A DNA stretch of 64,000 bases from an uncultured Gemmatimonadales bacterium (GCA_963825055.1 CAWGSK010000011.1:1-64000), one strand, 5' to 3'. Shown: positions 9,370 through 18,077, counted from the first letter of the stretch. Notes: generated by a model from the letters alone, not told the origin. Numbers and translations: made by a program.

Positions 9370-9446
9370 CCGCCTGAGCCCGGCATCCGACACTGCTTTT
9401 ACCTGCTTCGAAGTCCACGCTGCAGCTTAAGCGCCAACAGTTCGGC
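9370..9446 (+). repeat. attC right arm (left arm eroded)
   Basis: GCAGCTTAAGCGCCAACA-GTTCGGC. Confidence 0.55.
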
Positions 9447-9522
9447 GGAGATCCATTGCGGCAAGTTCTTGCCCCGCATTGGCAACTGTCACGCGCTGAC
9501 TGCTGAATAAGGCCAAGGAAGA

Positions 9523-10453
9523 ATGAGTTATTCCTATTTCATCTGTGATGTTTTCAGCGAGAACTGGCACCTCGACAACCAGCTGCCGTGATTCCTACCA
9601 ATGACTATCCGAAAGCTGCTGGAGCAGGTTGCGCGGGATCAATTTCTCGGAAAGCGCTTTTGTACTACCTCCAGAGCATGGGCATAATCGCCGAGTCCGG
9701 ATCTTTACGCCGACTACCGAGGTGCCATTTGCCGCGCATCCGAATGTTGGTACCGCTTTCGTTTTGGCTACGATGGGGGCCTTCGGTACAGTCGACGGAC
9801 CGATGACTATCACATTCGAAGAGAAGGCCGGACTAGTCCCGATCACGATTCGTCAGCGGGGAGGAGTGCTCTGGTGCGAACTTTCTGCCCCTGAACCTCT
9901 ATCGCTTGGCAAGACGATTTCTGAGGACTTACTAGCATCGGCGGTATCACTGTCTGCCAGTGATATCGTTACCACAACGCATGTACCCCTGGTGGCTTCG
10001 GTTGGCCTGCCGTTGCTTATGGCGGAGCTCAAGGATCGTTCGGCGCTGGCACGAGCGCGGATTAACCTGCAGGGCTTTGATGCTATCGCTGCGCAAGGCA
10101 TTACACCCGATATCCACCTCTATACCAAGAGCAATGGCGAGTTCGATATCCGGGCCCGGATGTTTGCCCCGTTCGATGGGGTCCCGGAAGACCCCGCCAC
10201 CGGCAGCGCGAACTGTGCATTAGCAGGATTGCTGAGCTCCTACAGCGATGCTACAGACAGCGCCACATCATGGCGCGTAGCACAAGGCGTAGAAATGGGG
10301 CGTCCGAGTGTATTGGAAGCCCATGCACAGAATCAGGCCTATAGTGACGCTCCTCGATCGTGGACCGAGGCATTGGCGGTGCGGAAATCATTCTGGTTAC
10401 TTCGAAGCGGCCATGCACTAAGTGACGATAAGACTATCTCACTCACACAGTAA
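9523..10453 (+). pseudogene. PhzF family isomerase/epimerase, frameshifted at the 5' end
   Basis: SESAF, RIFTPTTEVPFAAHPNVG, EDPATGSA, QGVEMGRPS. The ATG 9523 frame (YFICDVF..NQL) breaks before joining the main frame, and the C-terminus looks altered. Confidence 0.8.
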
Positions 10454-10475
10454 GAGATCATCTCACCAAAGCGCC

Positions 10476-10617
10476 GCCTGACCCGCAAATGCAGATGCCG
10501 AACGGTCGGGAGTGTTTAGGTCCGAGTGGGCGCGGGTTTCCCTGAGCACGATATGGAACATCAGTCAGTGTGGGCGCGGGGCATGCCCGTCTGCAGCTGA
10601 GTTGTATTCCGTTAGGT
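10476..10617 (+). repeat. attC site, third family
   Basis: GCCTGAC-ccGCAAATGCAG ... CTGCAGCTGAGTTGTATTCC-GTTAGGT. Confidence 0.75.
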
Positions 10618-10671
10618 GGCGGCTCACAACTCACAATCAACGACTCCGGATATCGTGTTCATGCACCTCTT

Positions 10672-10813
10672 CAGAGACAGGCACTTGAAGCCGCCCCAGC
10701 GCCCGTGGCCTCGGCCTCCTTGCGGCGGGCCCCTGGCGGTGCATACTCAGGGGAAGTCAGACAATTCGCTGCGGGCGAGGAATCGCTGGCCGCCTAAGCG
10801 CAGGACGTTATGG
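10672..10813 (+). repeat. attC site, family A
   Basis: Degenerate left box; GCACTTGAAGC arm; conserved core; GTTATGG end. Confidence 0.85.
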
Positions 10814-10873
10814 TCGCAGCAGTGGAAAACGTCAGACGGCGGCTCACAACTCGCAATCACGACCCCGGATATC

Positions 10874-11410
10874 GTGTTCACGCACCTCTTCAGGGCTGTG
10901 GCTGCCCTCACGCTGCTTACCGGTTGCGGTCCGGGACTGGACCCACAACTCCAGCCTCCTCCTCGCGGTGAGGACTATCCGCTCTCTCTCGAGCAGCAGC
11001 GCACGCTAGTGGCTGTGGTGGAGACCATTGCCGGTAGCCTCAAGGACTCGACGACCGTGTGTCTCGAGCTCACAGCCGGCGGCAAACGTTACGATCCCCC
11101 TTCAAAGTTCATCCGGAACGTCACCGTCCTGAGCCGCGTCGTACCGCCTTACCAATGTCCACCAACCTATACGAGGATGGTCTGGTACGTCGACCCGGAT
11201 CATCCAAAGGACCGCCCCCACCGGCCCCCAGGTTACGTGGACCCATACATCCTCCGAGTTCCGGTCCCGCCTGATCAGACGGTGGATACCCTCACCACCC
11301 CGGTGGTAGTCTCGCAAGGCACGGTAGACATCCATTACAGTTGTTTCGTCGCTGTCCGGCAGGGCCCTGGCCCAGGCCGATGCAGCCAAACCGACTGGCG
11401 GGTACACTGA
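10874..11410 (+). CDS. hypothetical lipoprotein (cassette gene)
   Basis: Lipobox AALTLLTGC; Cys/Pro-rich body; bounded by complementary cassette boxes. Confidence 0.7.
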   Translation: MFTHLFRAVAALTLLTGCGPGLDPQLQPPPRGEDYPLSLEQQRTLVAVVETIAGSLKDSTTVCLELTAGGKRYDPPSKFIRNVTVLSRVVPPYQCPPTYTRMVWYVDPDHPKDRPHRPPGYVDPYILRVPVPPDQTVDTLTTPVVVSQGTVDIHYSCFVAVRQGPGPGRCSQTDWRVH

Positions 11411-11426
11411 GTGATTATGGGCCGCC

Positions 11427-11566
11427 GTCTAACAAGCGCTTGAAGCCGCCCAGCGCCCCCGGACTCGGCCTCCTTGCGGCGGGCCCCCGGCGGTGCATAC
11501 TCGGAGGAAGTCGGACAATTCGCTGCGGGCAAAGAGTGGCCGGCAGCTGAGCTCGGAACGTCAGGC
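11427..11566 (+). repeat. attC site, family A
   Basis: GTCTAAC-aagcGCTTGAAGC ... GTCAGGC. Confidence 0.88.
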
Positions 11567-11611
11567 ACTCCCACACCCGCCGAGCCATCGAGCACGGCAA
11601 AGGAGATCACC

Positions 11612-12100
11612 TTGCGCTGGAGCCGGAGCGTCACATTCATCATGGTGACCCTGTGGGTCACGCTCGCCGCATCGCCGGCACGCGCCCAGGCAGGCGCGCA
11701 CGTCGCGGACTCTGTCAAATACAGCGCCGTCCACCAACTGCTCGTTGTCCAGCACACCGATAGTCTCATGTTGTTGGGAGTGGAACAGGCCTTCGCCGAC
11801 CAGGCCCAGGATCCGGACCTGCCGGCGGGCTTTATGGACTCGCTACGAGTCCGCATTCGGCGAGACATCAACGTATTTCTCGAGCGCCTCGCGCCCGTGT
11901 ACGACTCCCTCTACACGCTGGAGGAGATCCAGCAATTCACGGCCTTCTACCTTTCGCCCCTGGGCCAGCGTTACATCGCCACACAGCCGGCCCTGACGGA
12001 GGCTATGGGCAACATTGCCAGGCAGTGGGGTATGGAGCTCACTGGCCAGCTCTTCGTTGAGATGTCACGGCAGCCGTCGCCCCGCACGCCCCGCCCGTAG
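11612..12100 (+). CDS. DUF2059-like secreted protein
   Basis: Signal peptide; YDSLYTLEEIQQFTAFYLSPLGQRY; AAGGAG before TTG. Confidence 0.75.
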   Translation: MRWSRSVTFIMVTLWVTLAASPARAQAGAHVADSVKYSAVHQLLVVQHTDSLMLLGVEQAFADQAQDPDLPAGFMDSLRVRIRRDINVFLERLAPVYDSLYTLEEIQQFTAFYLSPLGQRYIATQPALTEAMGNIARQWGMELTGQLFVEMSRQPSPRTPRP

Positions 12101-12113
12101 GAGCTGGTGCGGC

Positions 12114-12252
12114 GCCTGACAAGCGCGTAAGACCGCCAGCGCTCCAGGCCTCAGCCCCCTTGCGGAGTCCCGGAGCCGTGCGGACTCAGCGGACGTCAGA
12201 CAATTCGCTGCGGGCGAGGAGTCGCTGGCAGCTTAGGCGCGGAACGTTAGAT
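12114..12252 (+). repeat. attC site, family A
   Basis: GCCTGAC...GTTAGAT with a diverged conserved core. Confidence 0.85.
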
Positions 12253-12365
12253 GGCGCCCACGCACTCACGTCGGGTCAGATGAGACTACGTACCGCCGGA
12301 CCCGACAGCCCCGGCCGGTGTGAGCCGGGACTATCGGACAACCGACCGCGAGATCCATGTCTCTG

Positions 12366-12884
12366 TTACTGTCCCGAGCTCTCACCCAGGGCAATGAGAA
12401 GTTCGTCCAGCTGATCGAGCGTCTCGCTCATTGCATCGGCTGCTCCGGTGCCGGCAGCGTCGAGCGCTTCCTTCGAAGGATAGCTCTCGTGCAGAACCAC
12501 CAGCGTCTTGCCGCCCTTTTCCTCGAAGGTCACCGTGGTGACAGGCCCGCCCTCGCCACCTTCCTCATTGGTCCACGCGAGACGCGAATACGGCTTCACT
12601 TCGACATACGTGCCGAAAAACGCGGCTGGCTCGGGGCCACCGTGGTCGAATACCAATCGGTACTTGCCTCCGACGCGAGCATCCACCTCGCAGGACAGCA
12701 GGGTCATGCCCATCGACCTGGGCACCCACCAGCGCCTGAGCAGCTCGGCTCTGGTAAATGCCTCGAACACGATGCGGGCCGGGCCGTTGATGGTCCGCGT
12801 GACAACCACCTCGCGATCCGACTTCCGTTCCACCGTGGTGCGGTTCGTCACGGGGCCGGGCTCACTTTCGATTCCTGCGTTCAT
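12366..12884 (-). CDS. SRPBCC/AHSA1 family protein
   Basis: DREVVVTRTINGPARIVFEAFT..RRWW..DARVGGKYR. Confidence 0.9.
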   Translation of the reverse strand: MNAGIESEPGPVTNRTTVERKSDREVVVTRTINGPARIVFEAFTRAELLRRWWVPRSMGMTLLSCEVDARVGGKYRLVFDHGGPEPAAFFGTYVEVKPYSRLAWTNEEGGEGGPVTTVTFEEKGGKTLVVLHESYPSKEALDAAGTGAADAMSETLDQLDELLIALGESSGQ

Positions 12885-13227
12885 CGCTCTTCTCCTGTCG
12901 TGTGAGTTCCTCGACAACCTTGTCCAACGCGTCGAAGCGTTCGTCCCAGCGCTGGCGGTACTTCTCGAGCCAGGCCATCTCTTCCTCCAATCGACGCGGG
13001 CCCAGCTGGCACGTCCGCACGCGTCCGATCTTCTTCGTGGTGACGAGCCCCGCCCGCTCCAGAACGCCAACGTGCTTCTTCATGCCCGTGAGCGTCATCT
13101 GGAACTTCTCGGCCAGGTCCGTGATCGAAGCGTCGGCTCGTCCAAGCTGCTCCACAACGCCACGTCGCGTGGCGTCCGAGAGCGCGGAGAACGAGGTATC
13201 AAGCCGGGTCGTCATATACTGAACCAT
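12862..13227 (-). CDS. ArsR/SmtB family transcriptional regulator
   Basis: FSALSDATRR..ITDLA..MTLTGMKKHVGVLERAGLV..GRVRTC; overlaps the SRPBCC start. Confidence 0.9.
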   Translation of the reverse strand: MVQYMTTRLDTSFSALSDATRRGVVEQLGRADASITDLAEKFQMTLTGMKKHVGVLERAGLVTTKKIGRVRTCQLGPRRLEEEMAWLEKYRQRWDERFDALDKVVEELTRQEKSDERRNRK

Positions 13228-13239
13228 ATGGTTCAGTAT
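13216..13239. promoter_or_regulatory. 24-bp perfect palindrome, ArsR autoregulatory operator
   Basis: ATACTGAACCAT|ATGGTTCAGTAT overlapping the ArsR start codon. Confidence 0.8.
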
Positions 13240-13352
13240 TTTAGCGCAAACGCTCGCGGCACGCAAGGGGCCATCACTTCCCGCTCTGATGGGCTCAGTA
13301 TGCTCCGCCGGCGAGGTACCGGACGGGGCACGCGGGCGGGCTGCGGGTGGAT

Positions 13353-13448
13353 TTGCGGCAGGCCCACGTCGGTGCATACTCAGAGGAAGTCAGACAATTC
13401 GCTGCGGGCGGGAAGTCGCCGGGGCAGCATGAACCGAGGACGTGAGAC
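13353..13448 (+). repeat. partial attC, family A (left arm lost)
   Basis: TTGCGG..GTGCATACTCAGAGGAAGTCAGACAATTCGCTGCGGGC..GGACGTGAGAC. Confidence 0.75.
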
Positions 13449-13488
13449 CGCGGACGCAACATCCCTGCGCAAAGGACAGGTAGAGCAC

Positions 13489-14019
13489 ATGGCCAGGCTC
13501 GTATTCGGAATGAATCAGTCCCTGGACGGGTACGTCGACCATACGGCGTTCGGTCCCAGCCCAACGCTGTTTCGCCACTTCATCAAGGAAGCGCAGGGAC
13601 AGGCGGGCAGTGTGTACGGCCGCCAGATGTATGAGATCATGCGTTACTGGGACGACGACCACCCTGAATGGAATGCGGAGGAACGCGCCTTCGCGGCGGC
13701 GTGGCGCAACCAACCGAAATGGGTCGTCTCGCGCTCGTTGAAGGCGGTCGGCCCCAATGCCACACTTGTTGTGGAAGATCTTGAGGGCGCGATCCGCGAG
13801 ATAAAGGCCCAACGCGACGGCGAGATCGAAGTTGCCGGCCCAGACCTGGCGCACAGCTTAACCGACCTTGGCCTGATCGATGAATATCGCATCTACCTGC
13901 ATCCCGTCGTCCTTGGTCACGGCACGCCATATTTCGCGGGACCCCGGCCGCCGCTCCGCCTTGCCGCCAGTGACCGGATTGACGAGGATGTGATCCGCTT
14001 GACGTATGTCCCTGCCTGA
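13489..14019 (+). CDS. dihydrofolate reductase (RibD C-terminal) family protein
   Basis: MNQSLDGYV, YGRQMYE, PKWVVSRSL, LIDEYRIYLHPVVLGHGTPYF. Confidence 0.9.
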   Translation: MARLVFGMNQSLDGYVDHTAFGPSPTLFRHFIKEAQGQAGSVYGRQMYEIMRYWDDDHPEWNAEERAFAAAWRNQPKWVVSRSLKAVGPNATLVVEDLEGAIREIKAQRDGEIEVAGPDLAHSLTDLGLIDEYRIYLHPVVLGHGTPYFAGPRPPLRLAASDRIDEDVIRLTYVPA

Positions 14020-14079
14020 TGTCGCGACTCCGGGAACGTCATTACCGCAGAGGTAGGGTCACTGCCAGGCCCGGCTGCG

Positions 14080-14290
14080 GCCTGACAACGGGTTGCAGGC
14101 CTCCAGGCCCCAACTGGCTGGTGTCAGCGCGGCCGCCGTGCATGCCAAGGCGTCGGTGGGGTGTTCCTGCCTGGATAGCCCCAGTCCCACCGCGGTAAAT
14201 CGTTGAGGGGTTGTCGTTTATCGAACCAGCAGGTCCGGTGACCGGCCCACCCTGATAAGCGCCTGCGGCCGCCCAGCGCCCCCAGCCTCA
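14080..14290 (+). repeat. two attC left-arm remnants (family B at 14080-14150, family A at about 14250-14290)
   Basis: GCCTGAC..GGCCGCCGTGCATGCCA and CCTGATAAGCGCCTGCGGCCGCCCAGCGCCCC. Confidence 0.55.
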
Positions 14291-14320
14291 GTGCCGGATT
14301 CCCAGGGTTCGACCAGCGAG

Positions 14321-14728
14321 CTACGCCGCCGCGCGGGCGGAGCCTGGCTTGCGGTACCCGCCCTGGACCGCCGGCCCGTGCAGCGCGGCGGCCAGCGTGA
14401 TCCCCAGACCCATGCCGACGCCACCGGCCAGGAGATGCCCCAGGGCGATAACCCAGTGCATCCCCCCGGGCAGGAGCCGCACCTGTACCCGGCCAAGTAC
14501 GACGATCCCGAGTCCCCACAGGACCACGAACACCGCCAACCCGCGCCGGACGCCCCGGCGCAGGGCGATGGCAGCGGTGGCCCACATCACCAGCACCAGC
14601 GTCGCGCCGAGCAGCATGTGGACGGGAATCCATGCGATGAGGTAGCCCCCCCAGATGGCGAGTCCGAGCAGGAGGGCTCCCATACCCGAGAGGCGGATGA
14701 GGATGGTGAGGCGGCGTGTGGTAGTCAT
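14321..14728 (-). CDS. hypothetical membrane protein
   Basis: Four hydrophobic segments with His residues; preceded by an ECF41-type promoter. Confidence 0.7.
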   Translation of the reverse strand: MTTTRRLTILIRLSGMGALLLGLAIWGGYLIAWIPVHMLLGATLVLVMWATAAIALRRGVRRGLAVFVVLWGLGIVVLGRVQVRLLPGGMHWVIALGHLLAGGVGMGLGITLAAALHGPAVQGGYRKPGSARAAA

Positions 14729-14801
14729 TTCGAGTCATTCCCCCTGGCGTGGTTCCCTGCGGCGTCAGCGCGACGCTCCGATTGTGCCATTCCATGACCC
14801 A

Positions 14802-14828
14802 GACGCTTGAGGTCATGAACATGTGACA
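14802..14828 (-). promoter_or_regulatory. ECF41-type promoter
   Basis: Minus strand TGTCACA-N16-CGTC. Confidence 0.7.
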
Positions 14829-14863
14829 CCACGGGTCGGCGCGCGAGATGGATGAAGCGGGGC

Positions 14864-14889
14864 TGTCACGGCCGGGCGCGCCCCGCGTC
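14864..14889 (+). promoter_or_regulatory. ECF41-type promoter
   Basis: TGTCACG-N15-CGTC upstream of the epimerase gene. Confidence 0.65.
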
Positions 14890-14927
14890 TTGTGGGGTGC
14901 AGACCATTCCCGGATCAGGAGGAGCGT

Positions 14928-15860
14928 ATGAGGGTATTTGTGGCAGGGGCAACGGGGGCGATTGGCCGGCAGCTGGTGCCGCGCCTGATCGCCGCGGGCC
15001 ATGAGGTGCATGGAATGACACGGAGCGCGCACAAGCGCACTATGCTGTCCGAGATGGGGGCGGTGCCGGTGGTGGCTGACGCCCTCGATCCGGCCCAGGT
15101 GCTGGAGGCGGTGAAGCGCGCGGAGCCGGAAGTAATCGTCCACCAGCTGACCGCGATCGGCCAGATCGACACCCGCCATTACGAGCGCTCGCTCGAGCCG
15201 ACCAACCGCCTGCGGATCGAGGGCACGGATCACCTGCTCGCGGCGGGGCGGGCGGCGGGCGTCCGCCGGATCGTGGCGCAGAGCCACGTCGTCGCGTACG
15301 GGCGCACGGGCGCGGCCGTCAAGCGGGAGGATGACATCCCCTACGACCCCTCCCCCGTTCGGGCGATGCGCGGCACCCAGGCGGCGATCCGCCACCTGGA
15401 GGAGGCGGTCCTCGGAGCGACCTGGACGGAAGGAGTGGTCCTCCGGTACGGGTGGTTCTATGGGCCGGGGACGTCGCTCGCGGCGGACGGGGACCTGTTC
15501 GAACTGGTCCGCCAGGGGCAGTTCCCGCTGGTCGGCAGGGGCGGCGGTGTGTGGTCCTTCATCCACGTCGCCGACGCCGCGGAAGCAACCCTTGCGGCGG
15601 TCGACCACGGCCTTCGGGGGGTGTACAACGTGGTGGATGATGAGCCCGCCACGGTGGCCGAGTGGCTGCCGGCGCTGGCGCGGACGCTGGGAGCCCGGCC
15701 GCCGCGGCGCGTGCCGCGCCTGTTGGGGCGGATCTTCGCGGGCGCGCCCGCGGTGGTGATGATGACCGAGCTGCGCGGGGCCTCCAATGCCAGGGCGACC
15801 CGCGTCCTGGGGTGGCGTCCGGCACACCGGAGCTGGCGCGAAGGGCTCGCGAGCGCCTGA
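14928..15860 (+). CDS. NAD-dependent epimerase/dehydratase family protein
   Basis: VFVAGATGAIG, LRYGWFYGPG, SFIHVADAA; AGGAGG RBS. Confidence 0.92.
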   Translation: MRVFVAGATGAIGRQLVPRLIAAGHEVHGMTRSAHKRTMLSEMGAVPVVADALDPAQVLEAVKRAEPEVIVHQLTAIGQIDTRHYERSLEPTNRLRIEGTDHLLAAGRAAGVRRIVAQSHVVAYGRTGAAVKREDDIPYDPSPVRAMRGTQAAIRHLEEAVLGATWTEGVVLRYGWFYGPGTSLAADGDLFELVRQGQFPLVGRGGGVWSFIHVADAAEATLAAVDHGLRGVYNVVDDEPATVAEWLPALARTLGARPPRRVPRLLGRIFAGAPAVVMMTELRGASNARATRVLGWRPAHRSWREGLASA

Positions 15861-15904
15861 CTGCCCCCTTCGGCACCCGGGACCCGGAGAACGAGGGAGT
15901 ACAC

Positions 15905-16882
15905 GTGCAGCGGATCTTCATCGCGGGGGCGACAGGCGTGATCGGCCGGCGCGTCGTGCCCCTGCTCATCGAGGCGGGCCATCGCGTGACGGCCGTCGGC
16001 CGCACGCCCGGGAAGCGGAGCGCGTTGCAGCGGGCCGGGGCCACGGCGATCGCGGTCGACCTGTTCGACCCCACGGCGGTCCGCCGGGCGGTACGGGGCC
16101 AGGAGGTGGTGATCAACCTGGCGACCCACATCCCACCCAGCGCATGGGCCTTCGTGCCTGGCGCCTGGCGGGCGACGAACCGGGTGCGACGGCAGGTGTC
16201 CGCCCACCTCGCGGCGGCCGCGGTCAGTGCCGGGGCCGGGCGGATGATCCAGGAGTCGTTTGCGCCCATCTACGCCGACGCCGGCGAGCACTGGATCGAC
16301 GAGGCCTCGCCCGTGCGCGCGGCGCGCTACAATCGGGCGGTCCTGGCCGCGGAGGCCGCGGCCAAGCAGGTGACGCGGGATGGCGGCGCGGGAGTGGTGC
16401 TGCGGTTCGCCTACTTCTACGGCGCCGACTCGGACTTCACCCGGGACGCGATCCGCTACGTGCGAGGTGGGCGGGCGCCGGTCTTTGGCTCGCCGTCCGC
16501 TTACATCTCCTCCATCGCCATCGAGGATGCCGCCACGGCCGTCGTGGCTGCCCTCGGGCTGCCCGCCGGGCGGTACAACGTGGCCGATGACCGGCCGGTG
16601 CGCCGTCGGGAGTTCGCGGAGACGCTGGCCGCCGCGCTCCATGCGCCGGCGCCCGCCTACTTTCCGCCCTGGGTGGCGATGATCGGGGGATCCCTGGGGG
16701 AGACGCTCGCGCGGTCCCAGCGCATTTCCAACCGCCGGCTGCGCGCGGCATCCGGCTGGGCACCGCGGTATCCGAGCGTGGCCGAGGGGTGGCCGGCCGT
16801 CGTCACCGAGCTGCTGCAGCGCGCGGCCGGTCCGAACGGCCGGGCGAAGGCGCCGCCGCGCGGGCAGCACCCTGACCCATGA
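15905..16882 (+). CDS. NAD-dependent epimerase/dehydratase family protein (paralog)
   Basis: IFIAGATGVIG, VINLAT, LRFAYFYG, YNVADD. Confidence 0.9.
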   Translation: MQRIFIAGATGVIGRRVVPLLIEAGHRVTAVGRTPGKRSALQRAGATAIAVDLFDPTAVRRAVRGQEVVINLATHIPPSAWAFVPGAWRATNRVRRQVSAHLAAAAVSAGAGRMIQESFAPIYADAGEHWIDEASPVRAARYNRAVLAAEAAAKQVTRDGGAGVVLRFAYFYGADSDFTRDAIRYVRGGRAPVFGSPSAYISSIAIEDAATAVVAALGLPAGRYNVADDRPVRRREFAETLAAALHAPAPAYFPPWVAMIGGSLGETLARSQRISNRRLRAASGWAPRYPSVAEGWPAVVTELLQRAAGPNGRAKAPPRGQHPDP

Positions 16883-16912
16883 GTGGAGCCGGCCGGCCGT
16901 GGCGGGGTACTC

Positions 16913-17791
16913 CTAGGTCACATGCCGCAGCTTGTCGGGATTGAGAACGGCGTAGAAGGCGCGAATGCGGCCCGCGTCGGTCGCGATCGCGGTAGTGCAG
17001 AAGATCCGGTCGGGCAGGTAGCGCACCCAGGCCGGCTCCCCGTTGAGTCGGACGATCCGGTGGCTTACCAGGCCGCGCCCCTTCCGCTCGTACCCCAGCA
17101 CGAGCCGCGTGACCCGCATGGCGCCCCGCACCACGTTCCGCACCGCCGACACCCTCCCCCCGCCGTCCGACGTCCATGTCACGTCTTCCGCCACGAGGTC
17201 GAGGACCGCGTCCATGTCGTCCGCCTGGATCGCCACGAGGAAGCGCCCGAGCAGCTGGCCCGCAACCTCGCCATCCACCGCGAACCGCTGGCGATCATGC
17301 CGTACGCGCTGCCGGGCCCGGCGCACGATCTGCCGGCAGGCTGCCTCGGACTTGCCCAGCGTGTGCGCGATCGCCATGTAGTCGGTGTCGAAGACGTCGC
17401 GCAGCAACAGGGCGGCGCGTTCCTCCGGTCCGAGGCGCTCGAGCATCAGCAGGAACGCCATGGAGAGATCGGAGTCCAGCTCGGCCCGTTCGTCGGACCG
17501 CGCCCACCGCTGCGTGGCGACGGGCTCGGGCAGCCAGGGCCCGGGGTAGACCTCGCGTTCCCGGCGCGCCCGCCGGAGCCGGTCAATCGCGAGCCGGGTC
17601 ACCACGGTGACCAGCCAGGCCTCCGGCTCCCGAATGGCCCCGGCATCGGCTTCGTGCCAGCGCAGGAATGCGTCCTGGACCACGTCTTCGCCGTCCTGGA
17701 CAGAGCCGAGCATCCGGTAGGCGATCCCGAACAGGCGGGGCCGGACTCGCTCGAAGGCGGTGGTACGGTCGGAAAGGGAGGCCATCGTCAT
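16913..17791 (-). CDS. sigJ: ECF sigma factor, SigJ/ECF41 type with SnoaL-like C-terminal extension
   Basis: AYRMLGS..EDVVQDA, YPGPWLPEP, SDGGG and LNPDKL signature motifs. Confidence 0.92.
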   Translation of the reverse strand: MTMASLSDRTTAFERVRPRLFGIAYRMLGSVQDGEDVVQDAFLRWHEADAGAIREPEAWLVTVVTRLAIDRLRRARREREVYPGPWLPEPVATQRWARSDERAELDSDLSMAFLLMLERLGPEERAALLLRDVFDTDYMAIAHTLGKSEAACRQIVRRARQRVRHDRQRFAVDGEVAGQLLGRFLVAIQADDMDAVLDLVAEDVTWTSDGGGRVSAVRNVVRGAMRVTRLVLGYERKGRGLVSHRIVRLNGEPAWVRYLPDRIFCTTAIATDAGRIRAFYAVLNPDKLRHVT

Positions 17792-17801
17792 ACGTAGTAT
17801 A

Positions 17802-17827
17802 GACGGGCACAGGTGGAGCATGTGACA
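17802..17827 (-). promoter_or_regulatory. ECF41-type autoregulatory promoter
   Basis: Minus strand TGTCACA-N15-CGTC about 10 bp before the sigJ start. Confidence 0.7.
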
Positions 17828-18077
17828 GGGGAGCCGGACGGCCCGAAAAGGGCCCATTCTCGTGGTCAGGCATCACCGTGAAGCCTGACGGTGATGCGCG
17901 GGACGGGAGGGTCGGTGCCTGGGGGCCAGGCCCAGCCCCCATCCACCAGTGTTCCGGGGACGCAACAGCGGCTGCCGGCAGGCGGGGCACGGTCGAATTC
18001 CCGCCTCCCCGTTCGTCGTTCCAGTGAAGGCGGGGCAACCACGCCCGGCCTGATACCCCTCCCAGGCAGGAGATCAC

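Larger units (their letters stand above)
2161..14290 (+). mobile_element. Integron-like gene cassette array (attC cluster, no intI in window)
   Basis: About 15 attC-like imperfect palindromes alternate with short, mostly co-oriented ORFs. Cassette start and end boxes are complementary. Contains a TA cassette. Confidence 0.88.

Noticed and set aside
1864..13440. Recurrent peptides CILSGSQTIRCGRGVAGS / HTQRKSDNSLRARSRWQL in many track ORFs
   Set aside because: They are translations of the attC repeat in different frames, not a protein family.
2161..13448. Repeats as a CRISPR array
   Set aside because: Repeats are about 140 bp and diverged, the intervening segments are hundreds of bp and gene-bearing, and there are no cas genes.
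2161..13448. Repeats as MITE/IS or REP elements
   Set aside because: All have the same orientation with R/L box architecture and cassette-specific end complementarity. No target-site duplications or transposase were seen.
12508..14019. 503-aa ORF as one protein
   Set aside because: The first about 330 codons are antisense to SRPBCC/ArsR and cross an attC. Only 13489-14019 is a DHFR-family gene.
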